58,072 nucleotides of DNA, from positions 1 through 58,072 of IMG/VR virus record IMGVR_UViG_3300048913_000259; one strand, given 5' to 3'. Numbering within the stretch: the stretch's first letter is position 1; every line of letters starts with the position of its first letter. Below the pieces are notes generated by a model. It had not been told where the DNA came from and did not search any database. It saw only the letters and a program-made list of their open reading frames with translations. This DNA comes from a virus. This document shows, one piece after another, positions 1 through 7,079 of the stretch. A program made the translations under genes and the position numbers.

Positions 1-127
1 TGGGCGGCCGTGAACTCGCACCAGGCGCGCCAGCGGCCGGCGTCGGCGTCCAGGCTGGCCAGCTGGCGGCCGGCTTCCTTGCAGGCCCATTCAACAGCGG
101 CCATCCAGATGCCTTGCGCACGCGCGG
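1..127. repeat. Exact 127-bp duplication of the window end (identical to 57946..58072); closure overlap of a circular or circularly permuted genome
   Basis: Read directly: tgggcggccgtgaactcgcacc...ttgcgcacgcgcgg occurs at both ends of the window. Confidence 0.95.
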
Positions 128-281
128 CGCCCTCGTTCAGGAAGGCGCCGTCATGGCGCTGGGTGGTGGGCAGGCCCTGGCCGGTAATCACGCGCTGAAG
201 CTCGGCCAGCTCGGGCGCGCGGATCACGCGCGGCGCGTAGATCGTGCGCAGCAGCTGCGCCAGGTTGGCGGGCGCGGTCAC
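1..281 (-). CDS. Hypothetical protein, 5' portion of a gene split by the window junction (continues at 57945..57819; about 135 aa in total)
   Basis: GTG at 281 overlaps the upstream stop as GTGA, with GGAGG 6 nt upstream. Third codon positions are high-GC. The frame reads VTAPANLAQLLRTIYAPRVIRAPELAELQ...GIWMAAVEWACKEAG and continues into the ORF seen at 57819..58049. Confidence 0.6.
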   Translation of the reverse strand, partial: MTAPANLAQLLRTIYAPRVIRAPELAELQRVITGQGLPTTQRHDGAFLNEGAARAQGIWMAAVEWACKEAGRQLASLDADAGRWRAWCEFTAA

Positions 282-568
282 TGGCCGCCTCCGTTCTCGG
301 TGGCGATCAGTGCGTCAGCCATGATCCAGCAATCGCGCGCGATCGCGCGGGCGTACTCGGTCGGCTCGATCGGGCCATGCTCGGGGCAGGCCTGCATGCT
401 GGCCAGGTAGCCCTGCATCGCCTGGCCGGCGTACAGCTGGCGGATCGTCAGGCCCGGCACCAGGGCCATGTGGCCGGGCGCCAGGACCTGGCCATCAGGC
501 GCCAGGATGTTAAGGTCGCTGTCGTTCGTGAACTCGGTGGGGAAAACGGGGCGGTTGTCGGTCTTCAT
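278..568 (-). CDS. Hypothetical protein (96 aa)
   Basis: Track ORF 278..625 trimmed to MKTDNRPVFPTEF. Its ATG overlaps the stop of the upstream gene as ATGA. Confidence 0.7.
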   Translation of the reverse strand: MKTDNRPVFPTEFTNDSDLNILAPDGQVLAPGHMALVPGLTIRQLYAGQAMQGYLASMQACPEHGPIEPTEYARAIARDCWIMADALIATENGGGQ

Positions 569-1200
569 GCTGCGGCCTCGGCGCCAGCCAGGTGCTTCTT
601 GATGCCGTAGTAGACAGCTTTGCATGCGCGGACGTCGACCATTGCATCATGGGCGCCGTCCAGGGTCTTGCCGGTGAAGTGGGCGTAGGCCTCGGCCAGG
701 CTGGCCGTCTTCTTCTTGTCGCCGGCCGGCCTCGAGGCGTTGACGATCTTGGTGCTGCCGCCTTGGGTGCAGTAGGACGGCGCCGCCTTCCAGTGGTCTT
801 CAAAGGCCACGCCGTTGTGCAGCTGGTTCGCGAACGTGGGGCTGCGCACCAGCTCGATGCGCACCAGGCGCGCGTCGAATTTCTCATTGTGGGCCGCGCG
901 CAGGCCGGCGCGCTTCCACAGCTCGATGAACTCGGGAATAACCAGGTCGGCGGCCACGCCTTTGACAAGCGCCAGCTCGGTCGTGGTGCCGGTCAGCTTG
1001 GCCACTTCCTCGGGGATGGTCCAGCCGCACGGCAGGATGAAGTGATTCAGCTCGGCGATCGTTTCGCCGGTCGCTTCAATGCACAGCTCGGCGGCCAGCT
1101 GGAACACGCGCGGCTGGCGCTCGTCGGTGCTGCGCTCGCCGTACAGCGGGATGCCGGTACATTCGACGTCGTAGAACAGGATGGTAGTTGCTGCGGTCAT
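565..1200 (-). CDS. DnaQ-like DEDDh 3'-5' exonuclease
   Basis: 211 aa carrying the three Exo motifs: FYDVECTG (ExoI), AHNEKFD (ExoII) and HDAMVD (ExoIII). Confidence 0.8.
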   Translation of the reverse strand: MTAATTILFYDVECTGIPLYGERSTDERQPRVFQLAAELCIEATGETIAELNHFILPCGWTIPEEVAKLTGTTTELALVKGVAADLVIPEFIELWKRAGLRAAHNEKFDARLVRIELVRSPTFANQLHNGVAFEDHWKAAPSYCTQGGSTKIVNASRPAGDKKKTASLAEAYAHFTGKTLDGAHDAMVDVRACKAVYYGIKKHLAGAEAAA

Positions 1201-1212
1201 ATCGGGGCTCTC

Positions 1213-1455
1213 TTAGTGTGGAAGGGCGGAGGCGTCCGCCCGGCGTGCGCGCTCGAGCGCGTCGTTGTAAAGCTCGGGGTCCATTTCGATGCCGACCAGG
1301 CGCAGGGCTTCAACCTGAAGCTCAAGGCGGTTCACCCAGCAGCTGGTCGCCCATACCAGGGCGGCCTGGTAGTCGTCGGTGCCGGGCAGGCCGGCGCGCT
1401 GCATGCAGTTGCGCAGCGCCAGGATATTCGTCTGGAAGGGTTGGAAGGGATGCAT
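1213..1455 (-). CDS. Hypothetical protein (80 aa)
   Basis: Balanced amino-acid composition, tightly packed in the operon. Confidence 0.6.
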   Translation of the reverse strand: MHPFQPFQTNILALRNCMQRAGLPGTDDYQAALVWATSCWVNRLELQVEALRLVGIEMDPELYNDALERARRADASALPH

Positions 1456-1457
1456 GG

Positions 1458-1664
1458 TCAGCCTCTCGGCCGCCGGCTGGCCAGCTCACAGGTGCAGTTG
1501 TCGCCCTGGCTGCAATTCTGCGTGCATGGCGATTCGGGCAAGCTGGCCACCAGGTCGCCGACCAGCAGCACGATCGCCACCACGATCAGGCCGCCGGCGG
1601 CCAGATCGAGGCCGAACAGCAGCGCCAGCGCCGCGGCCAGCAGGATGCACAGGATGGTCTTCAT
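1458..1664 (-). CDS. Small membrane protein with Cys-rich tail (68 aa)
   Basis: Hydrophobic N-terminus MKTILCILLAAALALLFGLDLAAGGLIVVAIVLLVG followed by CTQNCSQGDNCTC. ATGA overlap with the upstream gene. Confidence 0.6.
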   Translation of the reverse strand: MKTILCILLAAALALLFGLDLAAGGLIVVAIVLLVGDLVASLPESPCTQNCSQGDNCTCELASRRPRG

Positions 1665-2080
1665 GCGGGCACCAGGCCCAGCAGCTGCTGCGCTCGAGCG
1701 CGCAGGCCTGGAATGTTCGGCTCGGCGCCGTTCGGCAGCTCGGCGATCGCGCGCGCGAACTCGCGCCAGGCGTCCGGAACATCCGGCTCATCGAAGTCCG
1801 CCACCAGGTGCGCCTGGCGGCCGGCCTCGAGGCGATCGGACTGGCGGCGGCGCTGCTCGCCCAGCTGGCGGGTGAAGACTTCGCGCGGCGCGCGCTCGCT
1901 CGGCACGCCGATCGCGCTGGCGAACATGGCCACGTCGGACGGCTCCATGATGACGACTTCGACCTGGTGCTCTGCCTGGGTGCCAGGGATGCGGAAGGGC
2001 AGCGTGTCGCGGCGGCCGAACGTCGCGGCCAGGTTGAACAGCTCGAGCTCGGTGCGCGGCTTGGCGGGCGTGGTTTGCAT
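1661..2080 (-). CDS. Hypothetical protein (139 aa)
   Basis: Track ORF 1661..2242 trimmed to MQTTPAKPRTELELF. GAGAGAGG SD lies upstream of the ATG at 2080. Confidence 0.65.
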   Translation of the reverse strand: MQTTPAKPRTELELFNLAATFGRRDTLPFRIPGTQAEHQVEVVIMEPSDVAMFASAIGVPSERAPREVFTRQLGEQRRRQSDRLEAGRQAHLVADFDEPDVPDAWREFARAIAELPNGAEPNIPGLRARAQQLLGLVPA

Positions 2081-2126
2081 GATTGCCTCTCTCAGGTTGG
2101 CGCCCGCCGGCGGCGGGCTTTGTGCG

Positions 2127-2327
2127 TTAGATGGTACCCATGAGTGCGCGGGTGTTGCGCACTTGCTCGACAGTTTCGTAGGTGACGGCGCCCATGCGCT
2201 CGATGTCCAGGTCGACGGCGCGCATGGCCGCGGCCATCGCACGGAACAGGGACGGCATCGGCGACACGGTGCGGATACGCAGGCTCGGGAACGGCAGGGC
2301 CGGGGCGGTGGTGCGGGCGTAGATCAT
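2127..2327 (-). CDS. Hypothetical protein (66 aa)
   Basis: Track ORF 2127..2336 trimmed to MIYARTT, with an AAGG SD 7 nt upstream. Confidence 0.5.
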   Translation of the reverse strand: MIYARTTAPALPFPSLRIRTVSPMPSLFRAMAAAMRAVDLDIERMGAVTYETVEQVRNTRALMGTI

Positions 2328-2337
2328 GGCGCGCACC

Positions 2338-2472
2338 TTAGAACAGGTTGAAGGGGAAAGCCGGGGCCGCCTCGATGGCGCCCACGGCGATGATGCAGAC
2401 CAGGATGCCGATGAAGTTGACGGCCGGGTAGGTCTTGGAAACGTAGTTCAGGTCTTTCAGCAATTGCAGCAT
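2338..2472 (-). CDS. Small hydrophobic peptide (44 aa), below the ORF-track size cutoff
   Basis: My own translation: MLQLLKDLNYVSKTYPAVNFIGILVCIIAVGAIEAAPAFPFNLF. GAGAGGA SD upstream. It is the first ORF after the promoter at 2510..2538. GC3 is high. Confidence 0.5.
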   Translation of the reverse strand: MLQLLKDLNYVSKTYPAVNFIGILVCIIAVGAIEAAPAFPFNLF

Positions 2473-2509
2473 GGTGTCCTCTCGCTTGTTATTGATTTGC
2501 AACAAGGAG

Positions 2510-2538
2510 AGTATATTGCAGGGCTTAGGTCATTGCAA
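2510..2538 (-). promoter_or_regulatory. Sigma70-like promoter: TTGCAA, 17-nt spacer, TATACT
   Basis: On the minus strand, TTGCAA is at 2538..2533, then a 17-nt spacer, then TATACT at 2515..2510. It sits in an AT-richer 80-bp gap between genes. Confidence 0.55.
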
Positions 2539-2541
2539 TAT
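2513..2541. promoter_or_regulatory. Inverted repeat ATATTGCA-N13-TGCAATAT overlapping the promoter (candidate operator)
   Basis: 8-bp arms at 2513..2520 and 2534..2541. The same TATTGCA half-site recurs at 56629..56663 and at 10005..10011. Confidence 0.5.
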
Positions 2542-2553
2542 CTTTCTGTACGA

Positions 2554-3120
2554 TCATGCAGGCACTTCGCCAATCATATCCTCGAGCGCGGCGCCGGCGG
2601 CCGTGATCGCGGTCTTGTCCAGGTCGACCAGGTGCGGCCAGATTTTGGCCTTCTGTTCGTGGGCGGTGCGCTTGCTCACACCGATGCGCTCGGCGGCCCG
2701 GCCGATCGTCTTGCTGCGCTCGAAATACTCCTGCACGATCGCGTAGCGTAGGCGGTGCTCGGTCCTGGTGCTGGGAACGAATTGCTCGGCCCAGCTGGCC
2801 AGCGTCATGATCGCGCCCTTGTAGGCGTCCAGGGGCTTTTCGCCACCACAGGAACAGCACGGCTCCACGCGCTCGGAGAACCTGGCCACGATGCAGGCGC
2901 GATGCAGCGGAGAGAGCTTGTCGACGCGCGCCAGGATGATGCCGGCCTGCGCGGCGCCGTCCAGCGCCACCAGGCCCTTGCCGCTGCCGATGCCGGCGCC
3001 GCCACCAGCTTCAGCTGCCGCGCGCCGTAGTTGCTTGGCCATCGGCGTCTGCGCGTACTGCTGCGAGCTGAAGCGAATCGCGAACATCAGTGCATCGTGT
3101 GGGTTCCTGAACAATTCCAT
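2554..3120 (-). CDS. Putative transcription regulator with sigma-70 region-4-like HTH (188 aa)
   Basis: The C-terminal segment RLRYAIVQEYFERSKTIGRAAERIGVSKRTAHEQKAKI resembles sigma region 4.2. An upstream segment LSPLHRACIVARFSE and a CCSC cluster are also present. GAGAGA SD. Confidence 0.45.
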   Translation of the reverse strand: MELFRNPHDALMFAIRFSSQQYAQTPMAKQLRRAAAEAGGGAGIGSGKGLVALDGAAQAGIILARVDKLSPLHRACIVARFSERVEPCCSCGGEKPLDAYKGAIMTLASWAEQFVPSTRTEHRLRYAIVQEYFERSKTIGRAAERIGVSKRTAHEQKAKIWPHLVDLDKTAITAAGAALEDMIGEVPA

Positions 3121-3138
3121 CGTTGTATCTCTCTGTTA

Positions 3139-3168
3139 TTATCGGGGCTCGGCCTTTATCGGGGCTCG
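3139..3168. repeat. Direct repeat TTATCGGGGCTCG x2 (17-bp period) in the 5' leader of the regulator gene
   Basis: Copies at 3139..3151 and 3156..3168, just upstream of the start codon at 3120. Confidence 0.6.
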
Positions 3169-3184
3169 AGACTTTCACCTTCTT

Positions 3185-3215
3185 GGGGCCGCCGGCGAAG
3201 CGGCCCCTTTTCTTT
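3185..3215 (+). terminator. GC hairpin plus T-tract oriented for the plus strand (antisense to the local operon)
   Basis: GGGGCCGC-cggcgaa-GCGGCCCC followed by TTTTCTTT. On the minus-strand RNA the hairpin has no U-tract. Confidence 0.45.
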
Positions 3216-3795
3216 ATGCTCGAGCGAAAGCCGGCAGGCGTTCACGGCTGGCATAGTGGCGCACCAGCACGGCCGTCAGGATCACGCCGCCCAGCAGCGC
3301 GGCCACGGCCAGGCCCAGCGCCAGCACGGCCATGTTGTCGCTGTCCTCATCCTTGCCGCTGAACAGCTTGCCCACGTTGGCCAGCGCCTGGCCGATGCCG
3401 TCGCTGGCGCCGTACAAGTTGTGTCCCATCGCGATCGTGTTGTAGCCGGCTGCGGCCGTGCTCGACCAGCTGCGCTCACGGATCGCCACGCGCCAGCTTT
3501 CCACCAGGATCACAAGGCCCGTCGACAGCGCCGGCACGATGATGAACAAGTACCACAACGACACGGCGCCCTGCGCTACGGTAGGCGGCAGCTTGCCGGC
3601 CAGGTGCAGCACGGTACCGAACAGGAACCCGATCACGCTGGAAAAGCCGACCGCGGCCTGGACGGCGCCGCACCAGGTCAGCAGGCGGCCCCAGCCGCCC
3701 AGCGCCTTCGCCTCGTTCCAGGCCCGGCCCACGGACCAGCAATTGGCCCAGCTCACAACAAAATTCAGCAACAGCATCAGCAGTAACATGCCCAT
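3214..3795 (-). CDS. Multi-pass membrane protein (193 aa), function unknown
   Basis: Several hydrophobic segments (LLLMLLLNFVVSWA, VGFSSVIGFLFGTVL, LWYLFIIVPALSTGLVILV, VLALGLAVAALLGGVILTAVL). GGGAGAA SD. Confidence 0.7.
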   Translation of the reverse strand: MGMLLLMLLLNFVVSWANCWSVGRAWNEAKALGGWGRLLTWCGAVQAAVGFSSVIGFLFGTVLHLAGKLPPTVAQGAVSLWYLFIIVPALSTGLVILVESWRVAIRERSWSSTAAAGYNTIAMGHNLYGASDGIGQALANVGKLFSGKDEDSDNMAVLALGLAVAALLGGVILTAVLVRHYASRERLPAFARA

Positions 3796-3878
3796 CGTTT
3801 TATTCTCCCTAGTCTAGTTTGGCCGCCCTCTGGCGGTTGCCGAAAGGATACCCGTAAAGTTTCCTATTCGCATCAGGT

Positions 3879-4484
3879 TTAGACGGCATCTTCCTCGGTG
3901 TAGACGTTTCCTGTTGCAAGGCTGTCGTGCATGCGGTTCAGCGCCTCGAGCACGTCGGCCTTGCTGGCTGCTTGCAGCTGCACCTGGTGGATTTCCAGCA
4001 CCTCGCGAATGGCCGCGGCGGCCTCGCCATCGAATCCCCAGCGGCCGGTCCTGCGCTGGCGCAGCTGGGCGCGCCAGGCGCCGGCCATCGCGTCCTTGAT
4101 GCGCGGGTACCATTCCTCGGCATAGCCCAGCTCGGTGAGGATCATGGCCACGTTCAGGTTCTTGACGATCACGCCCCACGTTTCTTCGTTGCCGTAGCCG
4201 GCCAGCATGGTCGACAGGCAGAGCCAGGCGTCAGTCTCGAGCTCATGGCGCGCGCGCCGGTCCATCGGCAGGCCCATGTTGTCGTTCACGCGCTTGAGCT
4301 CGGCCGCCACCTCGCGCAGCGCCGACGTCGGCCGCGGCCTGGTGGTCGGGTCGAAGCGTTCGCCCATGCGCGGTGTAAGCCGGGCATCGTATTCGTTGGT
4401 CAGCAGCGCGCCCACATGGGCCAGGGCCAGCTGCGTCAGGTCCAGGGTGCTCTTGCCGCATGCGCGCGCCTTCAAAATCTTCAT
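3879..4484 (-). CDS. Hypothetical protein (201 aa)
   Basis: Track ORF 3879..4754 trimmed to MKILKARACGKSTL, with an AAGGAAG SD. The upstream extension is Arg/Gly-rich junk that overlaps the previous gene. Confidence 0.65.
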   Translation of the reverse strand: MKILKARACGKSTLDLTQLALAHVGALLTNEYDARLTPRMGERFDPTTRPRPTSALREVAAELKRVNDNMGLPMDRRARHELETDAWLCLSTMLAGYGNEETWGVIVKNLNVAMILTELGYAEEWYPRIKDAMAGAWRAQLRQRRTGRWGFDGEAAAAIREVLEIHQVQLQAASKADVLEALNRMHDSLATGNVYTEEDAV

Positions 4485-4486
4485 GG

Positions 4487-4900
4487 TCAAACTTCCTTGA
4501 TGTGTATTCCGTGCACCGTCGCCATCAGGTGCTTCTTGTTCCGGTAGCTGGCCAGCTTGCGCGTCGGCTCGCTCTTGGCGTCCTCGACTACCAGCTGGCC
4601 GTTCTCGATGTAGGTGAAGTCGGCGTAGTAGCGCAGCGCGGCCTTCTTCTTGGCCTCGCCGGCCAGGTGCACGGCCGGCGCCAGGATGTAACGCACCTGG
4701 CGTTTCAGGTCCTGGATCACGCCGGCCGCGGCCAGCTGCTCGAGCTCGCGCCACCTGGTGGCTTCCTTGCGGCTGTCGAACAGCTGGCCATCCTGGTCGA
4801 CCTTCACGTTGTTGAATTTCGATCGCTTCGCCGGCGCCGCGGCGCGCTTGGCCTGCGCGGCCAGGTGCGCCTTCAGGATGCGATCGCCCCAGCGGGTCAT
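4487..4900 (-). CDS. DUF1064-like protein (137 aa)
   Basis: Track ORF 4487..5293 trimmed to MTRWGDRILKAHL. The KFNNVKVDQDGQLFDSRKEATRWRELEQLAAAGVIQDLKRQ pattern is typical of DUF1064. ATGA overlap with the upstream gene. Confidence 0.55.
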   Translation of the reverse strand: MTRWGDRILKAHLAAQAKRAAAPAKRSKFNNVKVDQDGQLFDSRKEATRWRELEQLAAAGVIQDLKRQVRYILAPAVHLAGEAKKKAALRYYADFTYIENGQLVVEDAKSEPTRKLASYRNKKHLMATVHGIHIKEV

Positions 4901-5166
4901 TGCCTGGTCGTGTTCGTGGTGCGGGCCTGGTGCGCGGCCAGCTCGCGCGCGCGCTCCATGTTCACGATGCCGACCTCGATGCTTTCCTTGTGGCCGTGCA
5001 TGTACAGGACCGGCGCGCCGTTGAAAGCGGCGATGTAGCGTTCCAGGTCCTGGGCCGTCACCTCGACCACTTTGCCGCCGTTCAGCTTCCACAGCGCGGC
5101 CATCAGGATGCGGTCGCGCATGCCCTCGGTCTGTTCCAGGATCGGGGCTTCGTTCAGTGCTTGCAT
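4897..5166 (-). CDS. Hypothetical protein (89 aa)
   Basis: AAGGAAG SD and balanced composition. Confidence 0.65.
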   Translation of the reverse strand: MQALNEAPILEQTEGMRDRILMAALWKLNGGKVVEVTAQDLERYIAAFNGAPVLYMHGHKESIEVGIVNMERARELAAHQARTTNTTRQ

Positions 5167-5186
5167 GTTCTTCCTTCGATGATGAT

Positions 5187-5211
5187 GCGGGCGCCCAGCT
5201 CGAGCGCCCGC
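5187..5211 (-). other. Intergenic GC stem-loop (8-bp stem) without U-tract
   Basis: GCGGGCGC-N9-GCGCCCGC, between the stop at 5220 and the start at 5166. Confidence 0.35.
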
Positions 5212-5219
5212 GGGTTGAT

Positions 5220-6506
5220 TTAGCCGACCGGGTTATGGCCTGGCGGCTTCGGTGCAGCGGCACCCGGGTCCGGCCGGCGCAGCGGTGCATCAAAAGCGGC
5301 GATGCGCAGGGACAGGATGCTCGAGTAGCTGGACATCAGGGAAAGCTGGTCATCCAGGCGGCGCAATTCTGCACCGTCGATGCGCTTGGCGAACGGCGAA
5401 GCCACGAAGGCGCGCAGCTTCTCGATCTTCTCGTCCAGCTCCCACTTCTCCACGAAGACACGCACCTGGTGCGGCTCGTAGCCGTCCGCCTCGAGCTGCT
5501 TAACGGCGTTGGCGCGCTCGAGCTCGGCGGTCGACACAGTGGGCGCTTCGGCCAGCGTGCGGCCCAGCTGGCTCGCCAGCACGTAGCCCTCGAATTCCCA
5601 CAGCTTTTCACGCGCCAGGCGGGTCGCGGTGGCGATCGCGTACTGGCGGCCCAGCTCGGCGTCGAAGTTCTCGGGGCTGACGGTCGCTTCGTGCCCGATC
5701 GCCACCACGAAGCCACCAGGCAGGCGCGCGGTTGCGACGGTGCTGGTGGTGCCCGGGATGCGCGCGGTTTCGTAGGTCAGGCTGGCCACCAGGATGTTGA
5801 TGCGTTCCTCGGACACGCTCGGGCCCTTGGTCGGCGCCGGCGTGGCCTTGGCCAGCAGCTGGCCCAGCTTGGCCTGTTGCGCCTGGTCGATCGACGTGGC
5901 CGGGATCGACGGCAGCGCCATCGACGGGTGCACCTGGCTGGCGGCGATCGTGTCGGACAGGACCGGCACCTGGTCGCGGTCCAGCACCACGTCGAGCACT
6001 TCCAGGATGATCCAGTCATCGGCCTGTGCGTCGGTTCCACTCGGCGCCCACGTACTCACGCGGCCGTCTGCGCCCTTCAGGGCCATGTAGGCGTTGTACG
6101 GTACCGGCTTGTCGCCGAAGTGGGCCTTGGCCAGCCTGGTCTGTGCCGGGTAGGCGTTGGCCGGCACCAGGTACACGAACATGCCTTTGCCGTTCCAGCC
6201 CTTGCGCGCGATCGCCTTGCCCAGCTTCAGGGCCTCCATCGCCAGGCCGAACGGCACGCCATCGGTGCGGCGGTACGCGGCCTCAAATTGCTCCTTCGGG
6301 CTCCACGACACGTAGCCGGCATAGCCGGGCACGTTGGGCTTGCCGCCGTCCTGGTACTCGACCAGGTAGCCGTCGTCGGCCGGGTTCTCGTCGGCCGGCA
6401 CGGTCCAGCCGCGCAAAGTGTTGTAGTGCAGCCGGGTCATAGGCTGGGCGTGGACGATCTTGGTGCCGATGAATTTCATGGGTATCTTCGCTCCGGTGTA
6501 TTTCAT
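5220..6506 (-). CDS. Three-part fusion protein: N-terminal small phage domain, DUF2829 (Tad2-like) domain, N4-Gp49/Sf6-gp66-like domain, plus a C-terminal helical tail (428 aa)
   Basis: The DUF2829 signature is FGLAMEALKLGKAIARKGWNGKGMFVYL...YMALKGADGRVSTWAPSGTDAQADDWIILE. The later segment TSTVATARLPGGFVVAIGHEATVSPENFDAELGRQYAIATATRLAREKLWEFEGYVL matches the Gp49-family pattern. Confidence 0.65.
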   Translation of the reverse strand: MKYTGAKIPMKFIGTKIVHAQPMTRLHYNTLRGWTVPADENPADDGYLVEYQDGGKPNVPGYAGYVSWSPKEQFEAAYRRTDGVPFGLAMEALKLGKAIARKGWNGKGMFVYLVPANAYPAQTRLAKAHFGDKPVPYNAYMALKGADGRVSTWAPSGTDAQADDWIILEVLDVVLDRDQVPVLSDTIAASQVHPSMALPSIPATSIDQAQQAKLGQLLAKATPAPTKGPSVSEERINILVASLTYETARIPGTTSTVATARLPGGFVVAIGHEATVSPENFDAELGRQYAIATATRLAREKLWEFEGYVLASQLGRTLAEAPTVSTAELERANAVKQLEADGYEPHQVRVFVEKWELDEKIEKLRAFVASPFAKRIDGAELRRLDDQLSLMSSYSSILSLRIAAFDAPLRRPDPGAAAPKPPGHNPVG

Positions 6507-6510
6507 GGGA

Positions 6511-7047
6511 TCAGTTCGGCAGGATGATGCCGGCGGTGGGCGCCTCGAGGCCGTCCGCTTCGGGCGCCTGCTCGGCCGGCTCGGTTTCGATCAGCGATTG
6601 CAGGATGAAGTCAGCGATGCGGTCGTAGTCCTCGCGGGTGCGGGTCGTTTCTTCGCCGGCCAGGCCTTCGGCCAGCTCGAAGGCGTGCATGCCTTCGTTG
6701 ATGCGCTCGAATCGCTCCGGATCGGTGGCGGCCAGGCCGGCGAACTCGGCCAGGGCGCGGTAACGCATGGCGTCGGTCGGCAGGCCGCGCACCTTGCGCA
6801 CCAGGTCGACGTGCTCGCCGTGCAGGGCCTCGGCGTAGGCGTGCGACAGGACGTGTCCAGGGTCGAACAGGCCGCCCGGCAGGATCGTGTGCATGCTCAG
6901 TTCCTGGTCCTTGCTCTCGCTGCTGCCGATCAGGATTACCACGTCGGAAGCGGCCAGGCGCTCGAGGAAGTCCGCCGGCAGCTGGCCAGGGGTGTCGCTC
7001 TTGACGATGCGGCTGTTATCGGGGGTCTTGATTTCATGGTCTTGCAT
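6511..7047 (-). CDS. Acidic hypothetical protein (178 aa)
   Basis: Track ORF 6511..7425 trimmed to MQDHEIKTPDNS, with an AAGGAGA SD. I counted about 34 D+E against about 15 K+R. Confidence 0.65.
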   Translation of the reverse strand: MQDHEIKTPDNSRIVKSDTPGQLPADFLERLAASDVVILIGSSESKDQELSMHTILPGGLFDPGHVLSHAYAEALHGEHVDLVRKVRGLPTDAMRYRALAEFAGLAATDPERFERINEGMHAFELAEGLAGEETTRTREDYDRIADFILQSLIETEPAEQAPEADGLEAPTAGIILPN

Positions 7048-7079
7048 GGTGCTGCTCTCCTTCAGGGTTGAAAAAATCG

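Noticed and set aside
1-127. 127-bp repeat as a genuine direct terminal repeat or an att duplication of a prophage
   Set aside because: The repeat lies inside a coding sequence that becomes a complete gene on circularisation. There is no flanking host DNA or integrase. An exact length of 127 is typical of an assembler overlap. A real short terminal repeat cannot be fully excluded without reads.
592-2351. Plus-strand ORFs 592..1875 (427 aa), 1188..2351 (387 aa) and similar ones across the early region; also 33065..35608 (847 aa) and 39317..42148 (943 aa)
   Set aside because: These are the same GC-driven artefact. They overlap compact minus-strand genes that have motifs, SD sites and stop/start coupling.
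2554-3120. Calling the 188-aa regulator a lambda-type Q antiterminator
   Set aside because: It has no recognisable Q-family zinc-finger pattern. The C-terminus looks more like sigma region 4. It is kept as a generic regulator and mentioned only as a candidate in the leader finding.
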